DNA from: an uncultured Deinococcales bacterium
GTDB taxonomy: Bacteria; Deinococcota; Deinococci; Deinococcales; JAAFIG01
Length of the DNA: 64,000 bases
Assembly (NCBI GenBank): GCA_964247135.1
Contig: CAXTTL010000004.1
Span: forward strand, 2,146 to 66,145
Direction: 5' to 3'
Below the pieces are notes generated by a model. The model was not told the DNA's origin, did no database searches, and worked only from the letters and a program-made list of their open reading frames with translations. The position numbers and the translations under genes are program-made. This document shows, in pieces, positions 1 through 11,212 of this stretch (position 1 is its first letter; each line of letters starts with the position of its first letter).

Positions 1-240
1 ATTGGTTTCGCCGCCAACGAACCATTTGACGAATGGTTCGTTCCATTCGCGCACGGTATCCCAGGTTTTAAACCAGGTCAGTTCATTCGCAATGCCCGAC
101 CAGAACCCGTCCGGTTGCTCGAGCGACTGCTTGTACATGCGCTCATACATGGCTTTGTCCATTTTGGCTTTTTTTGCAAAATCGGCTGGTGGCGGGAAAC
201 GGCGTTCTTCATGCAGCATGGCATCAATGTTTTGAGTCAC
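1..240 (-). CDS. acs: acetyl-CoA synthetase, N-terminal part (runs off window start)
   Basis: Minus-strand translation from GTG at 240 (SD AAGGAG upstream): MTQNIDAMLHEERRFPPPADF...SLEQPDGFWSGIANELTWFKTWD...KWFVGGETN, a typical Acs N-terminus. Confidence 0.85.
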   Translation of the reverse strand, partial: MTQNIDAMLHEERRFPPPADFAKKAKMDKAMYERMYKQSLEQPDGFWSGIANELTWFKTWDTVREWNEPFVKWFVGGETN

Positions 241-321
241 AAAAACTCCTTATGGGTTGGCTTTGTAGTCTAGTATGACGTTGCATGAAAAAGCCTGTCA
301 ATGTTCTGACTCGAGGGACAG

Positions 322-1200
322 GTGATCGTGTCAAACTTGGGTGTGCAAATTCGTGAAGCAACCCAAAATGACTTCAAAGCAATGCAACAAGTGCTCGAGC
401 GTGTTTGGTTGGTTGATTCGGAACGGGCTTATTTCAATTTGAAGGCGAATGGCATAACTTGGGTTGCCCTCGAGCAAGACCGTGCGGTTGGTTTTTCGGC
501 GTTGCAAAATCGTTTCTGGCATCCAGAGCGAAAATATTTGTCTGTTCACGTTGTTCCCGAATACCAACACCAAGGAATCGGGTACGCACTCTGGCAAGCA
601 CTTAAAATCTCGAGTGAACCTTTGCAAACCGCCACAAACAACGATGCGGCAATCAAGTTTCTCGAGCGCCAAGGTTTTCAGGAAGTCATGCAAACCTGGA
701 ATCCTGTTTTTGACCTGCGCAGCATCAACCTCGAGCCATTTCTGAATGCCAGTCAGCAAACTCTAACTTTGGGAATCGAAATCAAAACGCTTGCGGAAAT
801 GCCACAACTCGAGGATGAATTGGCAATCTTTCATCATCAGTTGTACGCGCAGTCACACGGCTTTAATCCGCCGCTTGAGGCAACCCTCGAGCAAACCAAA
901 AAAGCGTACTTGAGTGATGTGATCCCAGCAGGCATGTTTATGGCTTTAAGAAACGGCAAAATTTGCGGCATCTCGAGTTTGCGCGGTGAAGCCGATGGTT
1001 ACGAGTTGGTTTGGTCCGGAACGATTGGGCACGACACCACGACCACGCTGGCATTGGTGCATCGGGTTTTGGAATTTGCACTTGAGCAGCGCACCTATCG
1101 TATTTCTGGGGAATTTGATTCGCTCGACGAACACGCCATGAAGGTACTCGGGACGCTACAGGTTGAACGCGGAAATACTTGGTTGACCTTTCAGCGTTGA
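322..1200 (+). CDS. GNAT family N-acetyltransferase (probably tandem GNAT)
   Basis: VHVVPEYQHQGIGYAL acetyl-CoA binding motif and AIKFLERQGF. Confidence 0.75.
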   Translation: MIVSNLGVQIREATQNDFKAMQQVLERVWLVDSERAYFNLKANGITWVALEQDRAVGFSALQNRFWHPERKYLSVHVVPEYQHQGIGYALWQALKISSEPLQTATNNDAAIKFLERQGFQEVMQTWNPVFDLRSINLEPFLNASQQTLTLGIEIKTLAEMPQLEDELAIFHHQLYAQSHGFNPPLEATLEQTKKAYLSDVIPAGMFMALRNGKICGISSLRGEADGYELVWSGTIGHDTTTTLALVHRVLEFALEQRTYRISGEFDSLDEHAMKVLGTLQVERGNTWLTFQR

Positions 1201-1826
1201 GGCAAAAACTCGAGCACTTGACCCATCAATTTGATTTCATTCCCATTCACCACAATTCCGTCACCATCTCGGCAAGCGTACAAAGTGCGGTTTAACTCGA
1301 GCGCCAATTCTTGACAGCGAAGCTCGAGTTCGGGTGTGTAATGCGGCATAAACACAAATTCCACGAGTCCGAGTGATGTGTGATCGAAGGGTTCGGAAGG
1401 TCGGTCATCGCCACAATCGTAAGCCGTAAAAATATTCGCGGACATGATGATTGCGCCAGCGCTGATGCCGATCAGAACGCCACCTCGAGCCACATAATCG
1501 AGTAAACGCTCGAGCAAATGGTGTTCGCGCAGCAAAGTCAAGAATTGGGGCGTGTCGCCACCAGACAAGTGAATGGCATCAAACGCAAACAAGTTTTGCA
1601 ATTCAGACTCGAGCAATTGCGCACCAAACCGCACGGGTTCTTCGAGGATTGCGTCGTACCGGGCGTAATATTTTTTCTTGTCGTGAAACCAGGCGCTGTC
1701 GTTCACAAAGTCGCTGGGCATCCAGGCAATTCTGGGGTGTGGTTTGGCAATCAAACGTATTAGCTCGAGGTTAATTTTGTGATCTTCGGGAGTTTCTTGG
1801 GCGCTGTAGAGAAGAAGCTTTCTCAT
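1191..1826 (-). CDS. peptidase S51/peptidase E-like (class I glutamine amidotransferase-like fold)
   Basis: DAIHLSGGDT, GISAGA nucleophile motif, FMPHY. Confidence 0.8.
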   Translation of the reverse strand: MRKLLLYSAQETPEDHKINLELIRLIAKPHPRIAWMPSDFVNDSAWFHDKKKYYARYDAILEEPVRFGAQLLESELQNLFAFDAIHLSGGDTPQFLTLLREHHLLERLLDYVARGGVLIGISAGAIIMSANIFTAYDCGDDRPSEPFDHTSLGLVEFVFMPHYTPELELRCQELALELNRTLYACRDGDGIVVNGNEIKLMGQVLEFLPQR

Positions 1827-2950
1827 GGTTTTTTCAAAGCCACTCGAGCGTTCAAGGCGGCAGCTCGAGCCTCTTGAACCGTCTCCCCTAAAGTCGTGAT
1901 GTGTCCCATTTTTCTTCCCGCCCGAGCCTCGAGTTTGCCGTAAAGGTGCAGGTGCGTGTTTGGTATCTCGAGGGCGGCATTCCAGTTTGGCAGCGCATTC
2001 TGCCAGAGGTCACCGAGTAGGTTGACCATTGCGGCTGGACTGTGCGGTGTGACGTTGCCGAGCGGCAAACCACAGACTGCACGAATCGCCTGTTCAAATT
2101 GCGAGGTCGGGCAGGCTTCGATGGTTAAATGCCCCGAATTGTGCGGACGTGGCGCGAGTTCGTTCACCAACACTCGAGCATCGTTGGTCACAAACATTTC
2201 GATGGTCAGCAGACCAATCACCTCGAGTTTTGCGGCTATCTCGAGCGCCATTTTTTCGGCTTCTCGAGCAACACTTTCGGGGATGTTCGCGGGAATGGTG
2301 GTTACGTCCAAAATCCCGTTTGCGTGGGTGTTCTCGAAGGGTGAAAAAGTGCGAACCTCTCCCCTGCTCGAGCGGGCGACAATCACCGAAACCTCGAGTT
2401 CAAATGCAACCAAACCCTCTAAAACACAATCCATACCGAACCTCGAGAATGCGGCTTGCACTTCCTCGAGCGTGTTGACCTTGGCTTGCCCTTTGCCGTC
2501 ATAACCGAGTGTGGCGGTCTTGAGAATGGCGGGCAGCCTAACAAGCCCAATCGCTGGCTCGAGGTCGTCCATGACCCTCACAGCCGCCCAGGGCGCGGTT
2601 TGAATTCCAATGTCGTTCAAGAATTGCTTCTCGAGAATCCTGTTCCGCGCAACCTCGAGCACCAATGCACTTGGACGAAGCGGAACTTTGGCTTCGAGAA
2701 TGGCTAAACCGCTGGCGGGAACATTTTCAAACTCGAGCGTCACCACATCACAAAGACTGGCAAGTTTCTCGAGCGCCACGACATCATCAAAATTTGCGGC
2801 AATCACTTCATCGCACACGCTCGAGGCTGGACAATTTGGGTCTGGATCAAGCACAATCACTTTGTAACCCATTGGCTTTGCCGCCAGTGACAGCATTCGC
2901 GCCAATTGCCCACCACCTAAAATACCGATGCTCGATCCTGGAAGAATCAT
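1823..2950 (-). CDS. purK: N5-carboxyaminoimidazole ribonucleotide synthase
   Basis: Start [19 protein letters not shown] at 2950 (overlaps purE stop); GYDGKGQ and [12 protein letters not shown]. Confidence 0.95.
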   Translation of the reverse strand: MILPGSSIGILGGGQLARMLSLAAKPMGYKVIVLDPDPNCPASSVCDEVIAANFDDVVALEKLASLCDVVTLEFENVPASGLAILEAKVPLRPSALVLEVARNRILEKQFLNDIGIQTAPWAAVRVMDDLEPAIGLVRLPAILKTATLGYDGKGQAKVNTLEEVQAAFSRFGMDCVLEGLVAFELEVSVIVARSSRGEVRTFSPFENTHANGILDVTTIPANIPESVAREAEKMALEIAAKLEVIGLLTIEMFVTNDARVLVNELAPRPHNSGHLTIEACPTSQFEQAIRAVCGLPLGNVTPHSPAAMVNLLGDLWQNALPNWNAALEIPNTHLHLYGKLEARAGRKMGHITTLGETVQEARAAALNARVALKKP

Positions 2951-3435
2951 CCAATCACGCTGTCCTCGAGCACTTTTTTGGTCTGGGCTTTGCGATACTC
3001 GAGGTACGCGGTCCGAATCACAGGGTATTTGTTCGCCAAAATGCTGGCGGCAAGCAGCGCGGCATTGACTGCGCCAGCACGTCCGATTGCCAGTGTACCA
3101 ACGGGAATTCCAGCGGGCATTTGCACAATCGACAGCAATGAATCCACACCCGAAAGCATTTTGGATTGCACAGGTACACCCAACACAGGAATGCTGGTTT
3201 TGCTGGCGCACATCCCAGGAAGATGCGCCGCACCACCTGCACCAGCAATAATCACTTCAAGACCGCGTTCCTCGGCGCGTTCGGCGTAAGCGAACAACAA
3301 ATCTGGCGTGCGATGGGCGCTCACAACTCGAGCTTCAAACGGAACACCCAACAACTCGAGCGTGTCAATTGCGCCCTGCATGGTTTCCAGGTCTGAACGT
3401 GACCCCATGATGATGCCGACGAGTGGTTCTTTCAC
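2947..3435 (-). CDS. purE: N5-CAIR mutase
   Basis: [38 protein letters not shown]. Confidence 0.97.
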   Translation of the reverse strand: MKEPLVGIIMGSRSDLETMQGAIDTLELLGVPFEARVVSAHRTPDLLFAYAERAEERGLEVIIAGAGGAAHLPGMCASKTSIPVLGVPVQSKMLSGVDSLLSIVQMPAGIPVGTLAIGRAGAVNAALLAASILANKYPVIRTAYLEYRKAQTKKVLEDSVIG

Positions 3436-3469
3436 CGAACAAGTTTAACCCGTGAAAACCCGAGCCAAC

Positions 3470-3934
3470 TTATTTTTTGTTTTGATGCTCGAGCACCGCA
3501 AACGCCAACGCTGCCGCGAGCGCCTTGATCTCGGGCGGCGCGGTCGTCTCGAGTTGAATGCTTTCACCCTCGAGCACACCACCAAAACGCCCGAGAATGG
3601 TGTTGTTGGAAATGTTTAAATTCACATCCTTACCCAGAATGCCGCCACCAAAACGCCCACCCACGGCATGGGGTTGAATCTCGAGTTTGATGTCATGCCC
3701 GAGCACATCGCCACCCGCACGAAGTTCGGCAGCTTCGGGGGTTAACGTGCCGTCGAGATCAAAACCGTGCAACAAACCGCCAGCCCGACCTTTGACTTGA
3801 TCTTCATTGATGTGCAAGAGCACGTCCACACCGACAGTATCGCCGCCGATGCGTCCGAAAAGTTGCTTGCCGTCAAAGTTCAGTTTGACATCCAAACCAT
3901 TGATTGCGCCGCCAACACGTCCAAGAATCAACAT
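3470..3934 (-). CDS. hypothetical protein with six ~23-aa glycine-rich repeats
   Basis: Repeated (G/L)R-x-GG units: GRVGG, GRIGG, GRAGG, LRAGG, GRFGG, GRFGG; start uncertain (3934 or 3949). Confidence 0.65.
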   Translation of the reverse strand: MLILGRVGGAINGLDVKLNFDGKQLFGRIGGDTVGVDVLLHINEDQVKGRAGGLLHGFDLDGTLTPEAAELRAGGDVLGHDIKLEIQPHAVGGRFGGGILGKDVNLNISNNTILGRFGGVLEGESIQLETTAPPEIKALAAALAFAVLEHQNKK

Positions 3935-3995
3935 ACCAGAAGTGTACAAGAAAATGACGCTTGAAGATCAAGATTGTTCTGAGGTTTGATAACCT

Positions 3996-5075
3996 ATGCC
4001 CATGACCGATTCGCACGCCATCGTCAAGCTCGAGATTCTCCGCAAAAACTTGGAATTGCTCAAAGGTTTTGCTGGACTTCCCGCACTTCCTGCGATCAAA
4101 GCCAACGCTTACGGTCACGGTGCAGTTCGTGTGGCGCAGCATCTCGAGCAGGATGTGGTGGGTTTTGCGGTGGCAACGCCATTTGAAGCGCTCGAGTTGC
4201 GAATTGCGGGAATCGGTACGGACATTGTGCTCTTAACGCCTGCGCCACCTGAAAAAGTCGAGGCATTGGTTGAAAACCAGATTTCATTTGTGGTGAGCAG
4301 TTTAGAGCAAATTCAGCAACTCTCGAGATTTGCGAAAAACATCAAAGTGCATTTGAAAATCAACACGGGCTTGAACCGTTTGGGCGCTCGAGCATCGGAC
4401 GCAGCCAAAATCTTGCTCGAGGTTGGGCGGTCAAAACTGGTGCTCGAGGGTGTGATGACGCATTTGGTGGATTCTGAAGATTTAGAACCTGAACATGCGG
4501 TGAAGCAAATGGATTCGCTGGTGGATTTTCTCGAGCTTCACAAACCCGCCGCTCGGTTTTTTCACGCGGCAAACACGGGCGGCATCATGAACAAATCTTT
4601 GCACCGTGAAGTTTTCAACCTGATTCGACCCGGCATTGGTTTGTACGGTTACGCCCCAGGTGAGGACATGCACGGCGTTTTAAAGCTCGAGCCAGCCATG
4701 ACGGTTATGGCTTGGGTGACGATGACCAAACGCGTTTTTGCGGGTGAGGTTGCCAGTTACAACGCCAAGTGGACGGCAACCAAAGAAACCACGCTTGCCA
4801 CGGTGCGGTTTGGCTATGCCGACGGCTATCCTCGAGCCGCAACGGGTAAAGCCCAAGTTGAAATCGCAGGACAGGTCTTCCCTGTCGTTGGACGGATTTG
4901 CATGGATCAAATTTTGGTCGATGTTGGTGAACTCGAGCTTCTTGTCGGAACTCCAGTCACCATTTTTGGAAACTCGAGCATCACCGCCGAGAATGTGGCG
5001 GGTTGGGCTGGCACGAACGCTTACGAGATTTTAACCAGCGTTGGCAATCGGCTCGAGCGGGTCTATCAAACTTGA
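3996..5075 (+). CDS. alr: alanine racemase
   Basis: IKANAYGHG PLP lysine, HLKINTGLNRLG, GYADG, GRICMDQ. Confidence 0.95.
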   Translation: MPMTDSHAIVKLEILRKNLELLKGFAGLPALPAIKANAYGHGAVRVAQHLEQDVVGFAVATPFEALELRIAGIGTDIVLLTPAPPEKVEALVENQISFVVSSLEQIQQLSRFAKNIKVHLKINTGLNRLGARASDAAKILLEVGRSKLVLEGVMTHLVDSEDLEPEHAVKQMDSLVDFLELHKPAARFFHAANTGGIMNKSLHREVFNLIRPGIGLYGYAPGEDMHGVLKLEPAMTVMAWVTMTKRVFAGEVASYNAKWTATKETTLATVRFGYADGYPRAATGKAQVEIAGQVFPVVGRICMDQILVDVGELELLVGTPVTIFGNSSITAENVAGWAGTNAYEILTSVGNRLERVYQT

Positions 5076-6745
5076 AAGACACCCAATTTCAGTTCCTCTC
5101 GGGTCGCATTTTGCGCACAAACCTCGAGCGTGCGAATCAAGCGTTCTCGCGTCTCGAGCGGCTCAATGATGGCATCCGCCCAAAGTCTGGACGCGCCGTA
5201 TCGCGGGTCGAGTTGATGGTTGTACTGGTCTGTGATTTCGGCTTGCAAAGCCTGTAAATCGGCATCATCTAATTTTTTGCCTTGACGCTCGAGTTGGGCT
5301 TTGCGCACGTCGGTTAAGGTTCTGGCAGCGGATTGTCCGCTCATCACGGCGTATTTGGCACTGCCCCAAAGGTAGAGGAATCTGGGTGCGAAGGCGCGTC
5401 CCGACATGGCGTAATTTCCAGCGCCATAAGAACCACCAGTGATGACCGTGATTTTGGGGACGATACTGTTGCTGACGGCATTCACCATTTTTGCGCCGCG
5501 CCGAATAATGCCCGTTTGTTCGCTGTCGCGTCCAACCATAAAACCAGTCACGTCGGACAGAAAAATCAGTGGGACGCCAGCTTGATTGGCGTTCAGGATG
5601 AACCTGGCGGCTTTGTCGGCAGACTCGCCGTAAATCACACCGCCCACTTCGATGCGGTTTTGTTTACGAATGATCTGGCGTTGATTTGCCACGATACCCA
5701 CTGGAAACCCACCCAAACGTGCAAAACCTGTCAACATTGTCTCGCCAAATGAAGCTTTGAACTCTTCAAAACTCGAGTTTCCAGTTTCACTGGCATCAAA
5801 AATTCGGGCGATGATTTCTCGAGCGTCGTAAGGTTTGCTGGCATCGGTGCTGACCAATCCCAGAATGTCGTTTGGGTTTAGGGTTGGCTCGAGGGTGGGG
5901 ATGCGGTTTTTTGCCCAAGCAGCAATTTCATTCGGGCTGTAACTGGCTGCCAGACTGCGAACGCGCTTTATTGCCGCATCATCGTCTGGCTCGTGGTAAT
6001 CGGCTGTCCCCGCGATGCTCGAGTGCATGGTCGCACCACCGAGTTCTTCGGAATCCACGGTTTGCCCTATCGCGGCTTTCACCAGCGCGGGTCCTGCGAG
6101 GTACAAGCCTGAGCCTTCGGTCATGACAAGCGTGTCGCACATCACGGGCAGGTACGCGCCGCCAGCCACGCACAAACCCATGATCGCGCCGATTTGCGGA
6201 ATGCCGAGCGCACTCATGCGGGCATTCAGGTAAAACACACGTCCAAAATCGTCTTGGTCGGGAAAAACCTCGTCTGCCATCGGCAAAAAAACCCCAGCCG
6301 AATCGACCAGGTAGACAATCGGCAAACGATTCTCGAGCGCAATCGTTTGGGCGCGAATCACTTTTTTGGCGGTGATTGGAAAAAACGCACCAGCTTTCAC
6401 GGTGGCATCGTTGGCAATCAGCATCCAATCGCGTCCGTTCAGTTTGCCAATGCCTGTGACCACGCCGCCAGACGGACAACCGCCCTCGTCGGGGTACATT
6501 TCAAAACCCGCAAACAGCATCAGTTCATCAAAACTCGAGTTGGGGTCGATCAGTTTCGCAATGCGTTCTCGAGCTGTGAGGCGTCCTTTGGCGTGTTGGC
6601 GCTCAGAGGCTTTTAAACCGCCTCCGAGTCGAACCTGGGCTTCGGAGTCCCGAATACCCTCGAGCAGGCTTTTCCAGGCATTCTGGTTGGCGAGAAAGGC
6701 AGTCTTTTGACGCTCGAGTTCGGTGATGCCGGTTTGAAACTTCAT
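5066..6745 (-). CDS. acyl-CoA carboxylase carboxyltransferase beta subunit (methylcrotonyl-CoA carboxylase-like)
   Basis: [46 protein letters not shown]; start MKFQTG at 6745. Confidence 0.9.
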   Translation of the reverse strand: MKFQTGITELERQKTAFLANQNAWKSLLEGIRDSEAQVRLGGGLKASERQHAKGRLTARERIAKLIDPNSSFDELMLFAGFEMYPDEGGCPSGGVVTGIGKLNGRDWMLIANDATVKAGAFFPITAKKVIRAQTIALENRLPIVYLVDSAGVFLPMADEVFPDQDDFGRVFYLNARMSALGIPQIGAIMGLCVAGGAYLPVMCDTLVMTEGSGLYLAGPALVKAAIGQTVDSEELGGATMHSSIAGTADYHEPDDDAAIKRVRSLAASYSPNEIAAWAKNRIPTLEPTLNPNDILGLVSTDASKPYDAREIIARIFDASETGNSSFEEFKASFGETMLTGFARLGGFPVGIVANQRQIIRKQNRIEVGGVIYGESADKAARFILNANQAGVPLIFLSDVTGFMVGRDSEQTGIIRRGAKMVNAVSNSIVPKITVITGGSYGAGNYAMSGRAFAPRFLYLWGSAKYAVMSGQSAARTLTDVRKAQLERQGKKLDDADLQALQAEITDQYNHQLDPRYGASRLWADAIIEPLETRERLIRTLEVCAQNATREELKLGVFQV

Positions 6746-7209
6746 GCGGACTCCAGAGGGCGGCGAAACACCAAAATGGTGCGGTTGCACTTGCAGACGA
6801 TTTCGCCCCGTTGATTGATGGCGCGATGCTCGAGTCCGACAATACCCGCATTCGGGCGCGAATTGGAGGCGCGGCTCGAGGTGACGGTACTTTCGGCGCG
6901 AATGGTGTCGCCGTGAAACACGGGTTTGGGAAACTCGATGCGTTCAAAGCCAAGGTTTGCCACCAGCGTTCCCAGCGTGATTTCGGGAACGCTCAAACCG
7001 ACCAGCAAGCTTAAAGTCAACATGCTGTTCACCAGCGGTTTGCCAAATTCCGAACGCGCCGCGAACTCTTGATCTAGGTGCAATGGTTGCGGGTTCATGG
7101 TCATGGTGCTGAAAAAAACATTGTCGCTTTCGGTGATCGTGCGCGTGGTGCGGTGATGAATCACCAAGCCAAGCTCGAGTTCTTCAAACCATTTTCCAGA
7201 CACGCTCAT
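6742..7209 (-). CDS. MaoC family dehydratase
   Basis: [33 protein letters not shown]. Confidence 0.9.
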   Translation of the reverse strand: MSVSGKWFEELELGLVIHHRTTRTITESDNVFFSTMTMNPQPLHLDQEFAARSEFGKPLVNSMLTLSLLVGLSVPEITLGTLVANLGFERIEFPKPVFHGDTIRAESTVTSSRASNSRPNAGIVGLEHRAINQRGEIVCKCNRTILVFRRPLESA

Positions 7210-8048
7210 TGCATCGCCTCTTCATCCGCCTCGAGCATCATTCGCGCCCGAGCAAGCATGGGTTCGTCCACCATCTGCCCTTCAAATTCAATCACGCCAG
7301 CGCCGTAAAACGCGGCTTTCTCAAAAGCATCCAAGAGTTTTTCGGCACGCTCGAGATCGGTTTTGGACGGGCTAAACACCTCGTTGGCAAGCGCAACCTG
7401 ATCGGGGTGAATGCACATTTTGCCCGTGAAACCCAGCGAACGACCCGTGATGGCACTGGCTCGGAACGCCTCGAGATCACGGAATTTTGCCTCAATAATG
7501 TCGAGCGCTTGCACCCCACGAACCCGAGCCGCCAGCACGACTTGCGACCTGGCGTACAAGACCTCGAGACTTTCAGTGGTGCGCACGCCGTTCATGTCGG
7601 CAACAAAATCTTCAGCACCAAAATACACAGCATTCACGGGCGGATGCAGCAATTCTCGGACGCGTTCGACGCCTCGAGCGGTTTCAATCCCGACGATCAA
7701 CTGCAAGTTCTTGCCCTCGAGCGCTTCGTCAACAACCTCGAGTTGTTCGGCACGCTCGAGTTTGGGAACGACGATGCCAGTTAAGCCAGCCGTCAATTCC
7801 ATGTCGGCTTGAAACCACTGGCTCGAGACGGCATTGACCCGCAGAAACACAGCACATTTCGGATTTGAAGCCAACAATTTCTCGATTGAAACTCGAGCCA
7901 TTTCCCTAGCCCCAGTTTTGGCGTGGTCATGGTTTGGAATGGCATCCTCGAGATCGATCACGACCGCATCAGGATTGGAACGCGGGAGTTTCTCAATCAA
8001 ATCGGCGCGATTGCCTGGTGCGAACAACAAGCTGCGAAAACGTGGCAT
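7206..8048 (-). CDS. CitE-like CoA-ester lyase
   Basis: [44 protein letters not shown]. Confidence 0.9.
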   Translation of the reverse strand: MPRFRSLLFAPGNRADLIEKLPRSNPDAVVIDLEDAIPNHDHAKTGAREMARVSIEKLLASNPKCAVFLRVNAVSSQWFQADMELTAGLTGIVVPKLERAEQLEVVDEALEGKNLQLIVGIETARGVERVRELLHPPVNAVYFGAEDFVADMNGVRTTESLEVLYARSQVVLAARVRGVQALDIIEAKFRDLEAFRASAITGRSLGFTGKMCIHPDQVALANEVFSPSKTDLERAEKLLDAFEKAAFYGAGVIEFEGQMVDEPMLARARMMLEADEEAMQ

Positions 8049-8050
8049 CC

Positions 8051-9223
8051 TTACAACCCCATTTGCTTGGCGACCACCTCGAGCATGATCTCGTCTGTAC
8101 CGCCGCCGATGCGTAAAATTCTGGCATCGCGGTAATGCAACGCAATTTTGGTTTCCTCGAGATAACCCATGCCGCCAAAAATTTGCATCGCGCGGTCAGC
8201 GATTTCGCAGGCAACACGGCAGCAATGGTATTTTGCCATGCTCACCACCTCGAGCGAATCGTGTGCGTTTGAATCGAGTTTTCGCGCCGCATCGAGCGCC
8301 AGCAGTCTCGAGGTTTTTAAATCAATCGCCATTTGCGCCAATTGATGCCGAATTGCCTGGAATTTCCCAATCGCCTGACCGAACGCCACCCGTTGTTTGG
8401 CGTACTCGAGCGACAAATCCAAACAGACTTGCGCGTGACCGAGCGCCATGCCGCACAAGACCAAACGCTCGGTTTGAAAGGCACTGGCAATCTGGTAAAA
8501 ACCGCGTCCGACCTCGCCCACCAGGCGGTCATCGGGCACGAAGCAATCGTCAAAGCGCAATTCCCTGGTGTCCGAGCTGTGCCAACCCATTTTCTCGAGC
8601 GGACGACCCACGCTGAAACCCGCGTCGGACGGCAAAACAATAAATTGAGAAATGCCTTTGTGACGCTCCGCTGGATCGGTTTTTGCCGCGACGATCAACC
8701 AATCGGCAATGCCGCCGTTGGTGATAAAAATTTTAGAACCACTGATGCGGTATCCGCCGTCCACCTTCCGCGCCACGCTCGAGATGCCCGCCACGTCCGA
8801 ACCCGCGCCAGGTTCGGTGATCGCAATGGCAGCCACCATCTTGCCCGCAATCATCGGCTCGAGGTAGGTTTTTTGCTGGCTTGGCGTGCCGAATTTTGCC
8901 AAATAAGGTCCACCCAAATACGAACTGGCAAGCGGCGTGATGGCAATGCCGCCAGAAGCTTTGGAAAGCTCCTCGGCGAAGATCATCATGGAGACCGAAT
9001 CGGCTTCACCCGTGCCGCCAGAATGTTCGGGCAACCCAATGCCCAGCACGCCCAAATCTGCCAGTTTCGCCCAAAGTTGCTTTGGGAAAAATTTGCCCTT
9101 TTCGCTTTCATCGACCAATGGCAGCACCTGTTCGCGCACAAACGCACGCAAGACGCTGCGAAATTCTTGATGAACACCATCAAGTTCCAAACTCGAGACT
9201 GGCGTTAAAGCCGATATCGTCAT
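8051..9223 (-). CDS. acyl-CoA dehydrogenase
   Basis: ITEPGAGSD, GSKIFITNG, QIFGGMGY, RIGGGTDEI. Confidence 0.95.
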   Translation of the reverse strand: MTISALTPVSSLELDGVHQEFRSVLRAFVREQVLPLVDESEKGKFFPKQLWAKLADLGVLGIGLPEHSGGTGEADSVSMMIFAEELSKASGGIAITPLASSYLGGPYLAKFGTPSQQKTYLEPMIAGKMVAAIAITEPGAGSDVAGISSVARKVDGGYRISGSKIFITNGGIADWLIVAAKTDPAERHKGISQFIVLPSDAGFSVGRPLEKMGWHSSDTRELRFDDCFVPDDRLVGEVGRGFYQIASAFQTERLVLCGMALGHAQVCLDLSLEYAKQRVAFGQAIGKFQAIRHQLAQMAIDLKTSRLLALDAARKLDSNAHDSLEVVSMAKYHCCRVACEIADRAMQIFGGMGYLEETKIALHYRDARILRIGGGTDEIMLEVVAKQMGL

Positions 9224-9298
9224 GATTCTGACCTCCTGCGGTGAGCTGAGGTTAACACGCTCGAGTGTTGGGAAAAGTGTCAGGACAATTGCAACTTT

Positions 9299-9853
9299 TT
9301 AGAATTCAACCCCTCGGTAAATGTCCTCGAGTGCCACCTCGAGGTTGAGACAAGGAATTTTGAGCTTGCTGCCCAGCTCGAGTTTTTCGTAACGCCAAGC
9401 CTCGCCCTCAAGGCGTTGAAACACTTCAGCCGTGACCTTGGTTTGATCGAGCAACACGTAAGTTTTGAGACTCTCGAGCTTCTGGTAATTCTGCCATTTT
9501 TCGCCGCGATCAATGTCGGCTGTGCTGCTAGAGAGCACTTCAATGATGGCGCAGGGCTGGGTTTTCTTATTTTGTTTTAAATCTACGTTAGAGCACGTCA
9601 CCATCACATCGGGGTAATAGAAAATCTCGCCGATTTGAAGTTTCATGTCACTGCTGTACGTGCGACAATTTTCGGTTTCAGCCTCAAGCAACATGGCTGC
9701 CAGTCTGAGCGCAATACGATTGTGCGCGTCGCTCGCCCCCGCCATCGCAAAAACCTGACCATCGACAAATTCGTGTTTGTCCGTCGCAGTTTCTTCAAAC
9801 TCGAGGTATTCAGTAACGGTCACAATTTTGGTTTGTTCGGCAACTCGAGGCAT
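9299..9853 (-). CDS. Uma2 family (DUF820) endonuclease-like protein
   Basis: EYLEFE..KHEFVDGQVFAMAGAS..H, YYPDVMV, IIEVLSSST, DRGEK..Y; start MPRVAEQ at 9853. Confidence 0.9.
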   Translation of the reverse strand: MPRVAEQTKIVTVTEYLEFEETATDKHEFVDGQVFAMAGASDAHNRIALRLAAMLLEAETENCRTYSSDMKLQIGEIFYYPDVMVTCSNVDLKQNKKTQPCAIIEVLSSSTADIDRGEKWQNYQKLESLKTYVLLDQTKVTAEVFQRLEGEAWRYEKLELGSKLKIPCLNLEVALEDIYRGVEF

Positions 9854-9975
9854 AATTGAGTACAGCCAAAAATTGGAAAAACGCCACATTTTGACTCGAG
9901 CTTGAGTCTTGAAAAGACAAATCACCTCAGCAGTTTGGATTTGTTTTTGATGCCCTCTACTCTCTGCCCACTGCC

Positions 9976-10986
9976 TCACTCCTCAGAATGCAGTGTTGAC
10001 GCACGTTCAACCAGGCGCGGTTCAAACCGTACTTTGCGCGGCACACCTTCATAACCCGAAAGCCTGTCCACCAACAATTCCGCCGCCGCTGCACCCATTG
10101 CCTCGACGGGTTGATGCACGCTGGTCAAACCTCGTTCCGCCGACCACGGGTGATCGTCAAAACCAATCACACGCACCTCGCGTCCAATCTCGAGCTTGAG
10201 TCGCGCGGCTTCCTCGAGTACCCCGAGCGCGACCAAATCGGCTGCGGCGAAAATATTGACGGGCATGGTGGCGTTCTCGAGAATTTCTCTGGCGGCGATT
10301 CTGGCGTTATCCAAATTGAACGACACGGTGCTGACATGAGACTCGAGCAGTGGTTTTCCAGCCTCCTCGAGCGCGGCTTTGAAGCCTTCGATGCGTTCGT
10401 CAAACACGGTTTTCGCAAAAACCTCGTCGATGTCTTGATGCACGCTGATTGCGTAAATCTCGCCCTCAAAACCCGACAAGGCTCGAGCCGCCAAAACTCC
10501 ACCAAAACGGTTGTCCAAGTACACGCTGTCGTAATTCTCGTTCATGCCGTCCACGATCACCACGGGTTGACGGGTTGGCAGTTTGCCGTCTGGGTACAAT
10601 TCGCCCAGGTTATGCGTTGCCATGACAATGCCGTCGGATTGGTACGCCAACGTGCTCGAGTTGAGGTAACGCTCGATCCGTTCGCGTCCGATCAGTGGGA
10701 ACAGGGCGCTGTCGTAACGGTGCGCCTCTAAGGTTTTCTCGAGACCGTTTAAGAGTCGCAAGTAAAACTCTGTACCGATGACTTGCAAAATAATGGAGAC
10801 CGTGTAACTTTTACCGCCTGCCACGCGCCTGGCGTGCGGGTTTGGGACAAAACCCATCTCGGTCATGGCAGACTGCACACGTTCTCGAGTTTCTGGACGC
10901 ACGCTTTTGTGGTTGTTTAAAACCCTCGAGACCGTTCCAACACCAACCCCTGCCTTTTCTGCCACCTCTTGAATCGTGAGCTTCAC
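9976..10986 (-). CDS. LacI family transcriptional regulator
   Basis: TIQEVAEKAGVGVGTVSRVLN HTH; GFDD, LTSVHQP. Confidence 0.95.
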   Translation of the reverse strand: MKLTIQEVAEKAGVGVGTVSRVLNNHKSVRPETRERVQSAMTEMGFVPNPHARRVAGGKSYTVSIILQVIGTEFYLRLLNGLEKTLEAHRYDSALFPLIGRERIERYLNSSTLAYQSDGIVMATHNLGELYPDGKLPTRQPVVIVDGMNENYDSVYLDNRFGGVLAARALSGFEGEIYAISVHQDIDEVFAKTVFDERIEGFKAALEEAGKPLLESHVSTVSFNLDNARIAAREILENATMPVNIFAAADLVALGVLEEAARLKLEIGREVRVIGFDDHPWSAERGLTSVHQPVEAMGAAAAELLVDRLSGYEGVPRKVRFEPRLVERASTLHSEE

Positions 10987-11011
10987 ACTGCTCCTTCGAC
11001 ATCACTGTTCT

Positions 11012-11027
11012 TTGGAAATATTTCCAA
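11012..11027. promoter_or_regulatory. palindromic candidate operator TTGGAAATATTTCCAA
   Basis: Perfect 16-bp palindrome 26 bp upstream of the LacI-family gene. Confidence 0.5.
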
Positions 11028-11212
11028 GCTGTGTTTCACAAGTTCAATTTCAAATCTCGAGCCATCAAAACGTTGAGTGTAGCGTAACACGAAACACAAT
11101 CTCGAGGGCTTGAAGGTTGTGAGCAGCCTCGAGCGGCTAAGTCCAGATTAAGTGCCTTTCTTCAAAGTGATCTCAACCTTCGCAAAGCGTTGGTTTGGGA
11201 ACAAAAGGAGGC

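Noticed and set aside
2..235. Plus-strand 77-aa ORF
   Set aside because: Antisense shadow of acs on the minus strand
2951..3211. N-terminal extension of purK in the ORF track
   Set aside because: Overlaps purE; the real start fits the ATG at 2950
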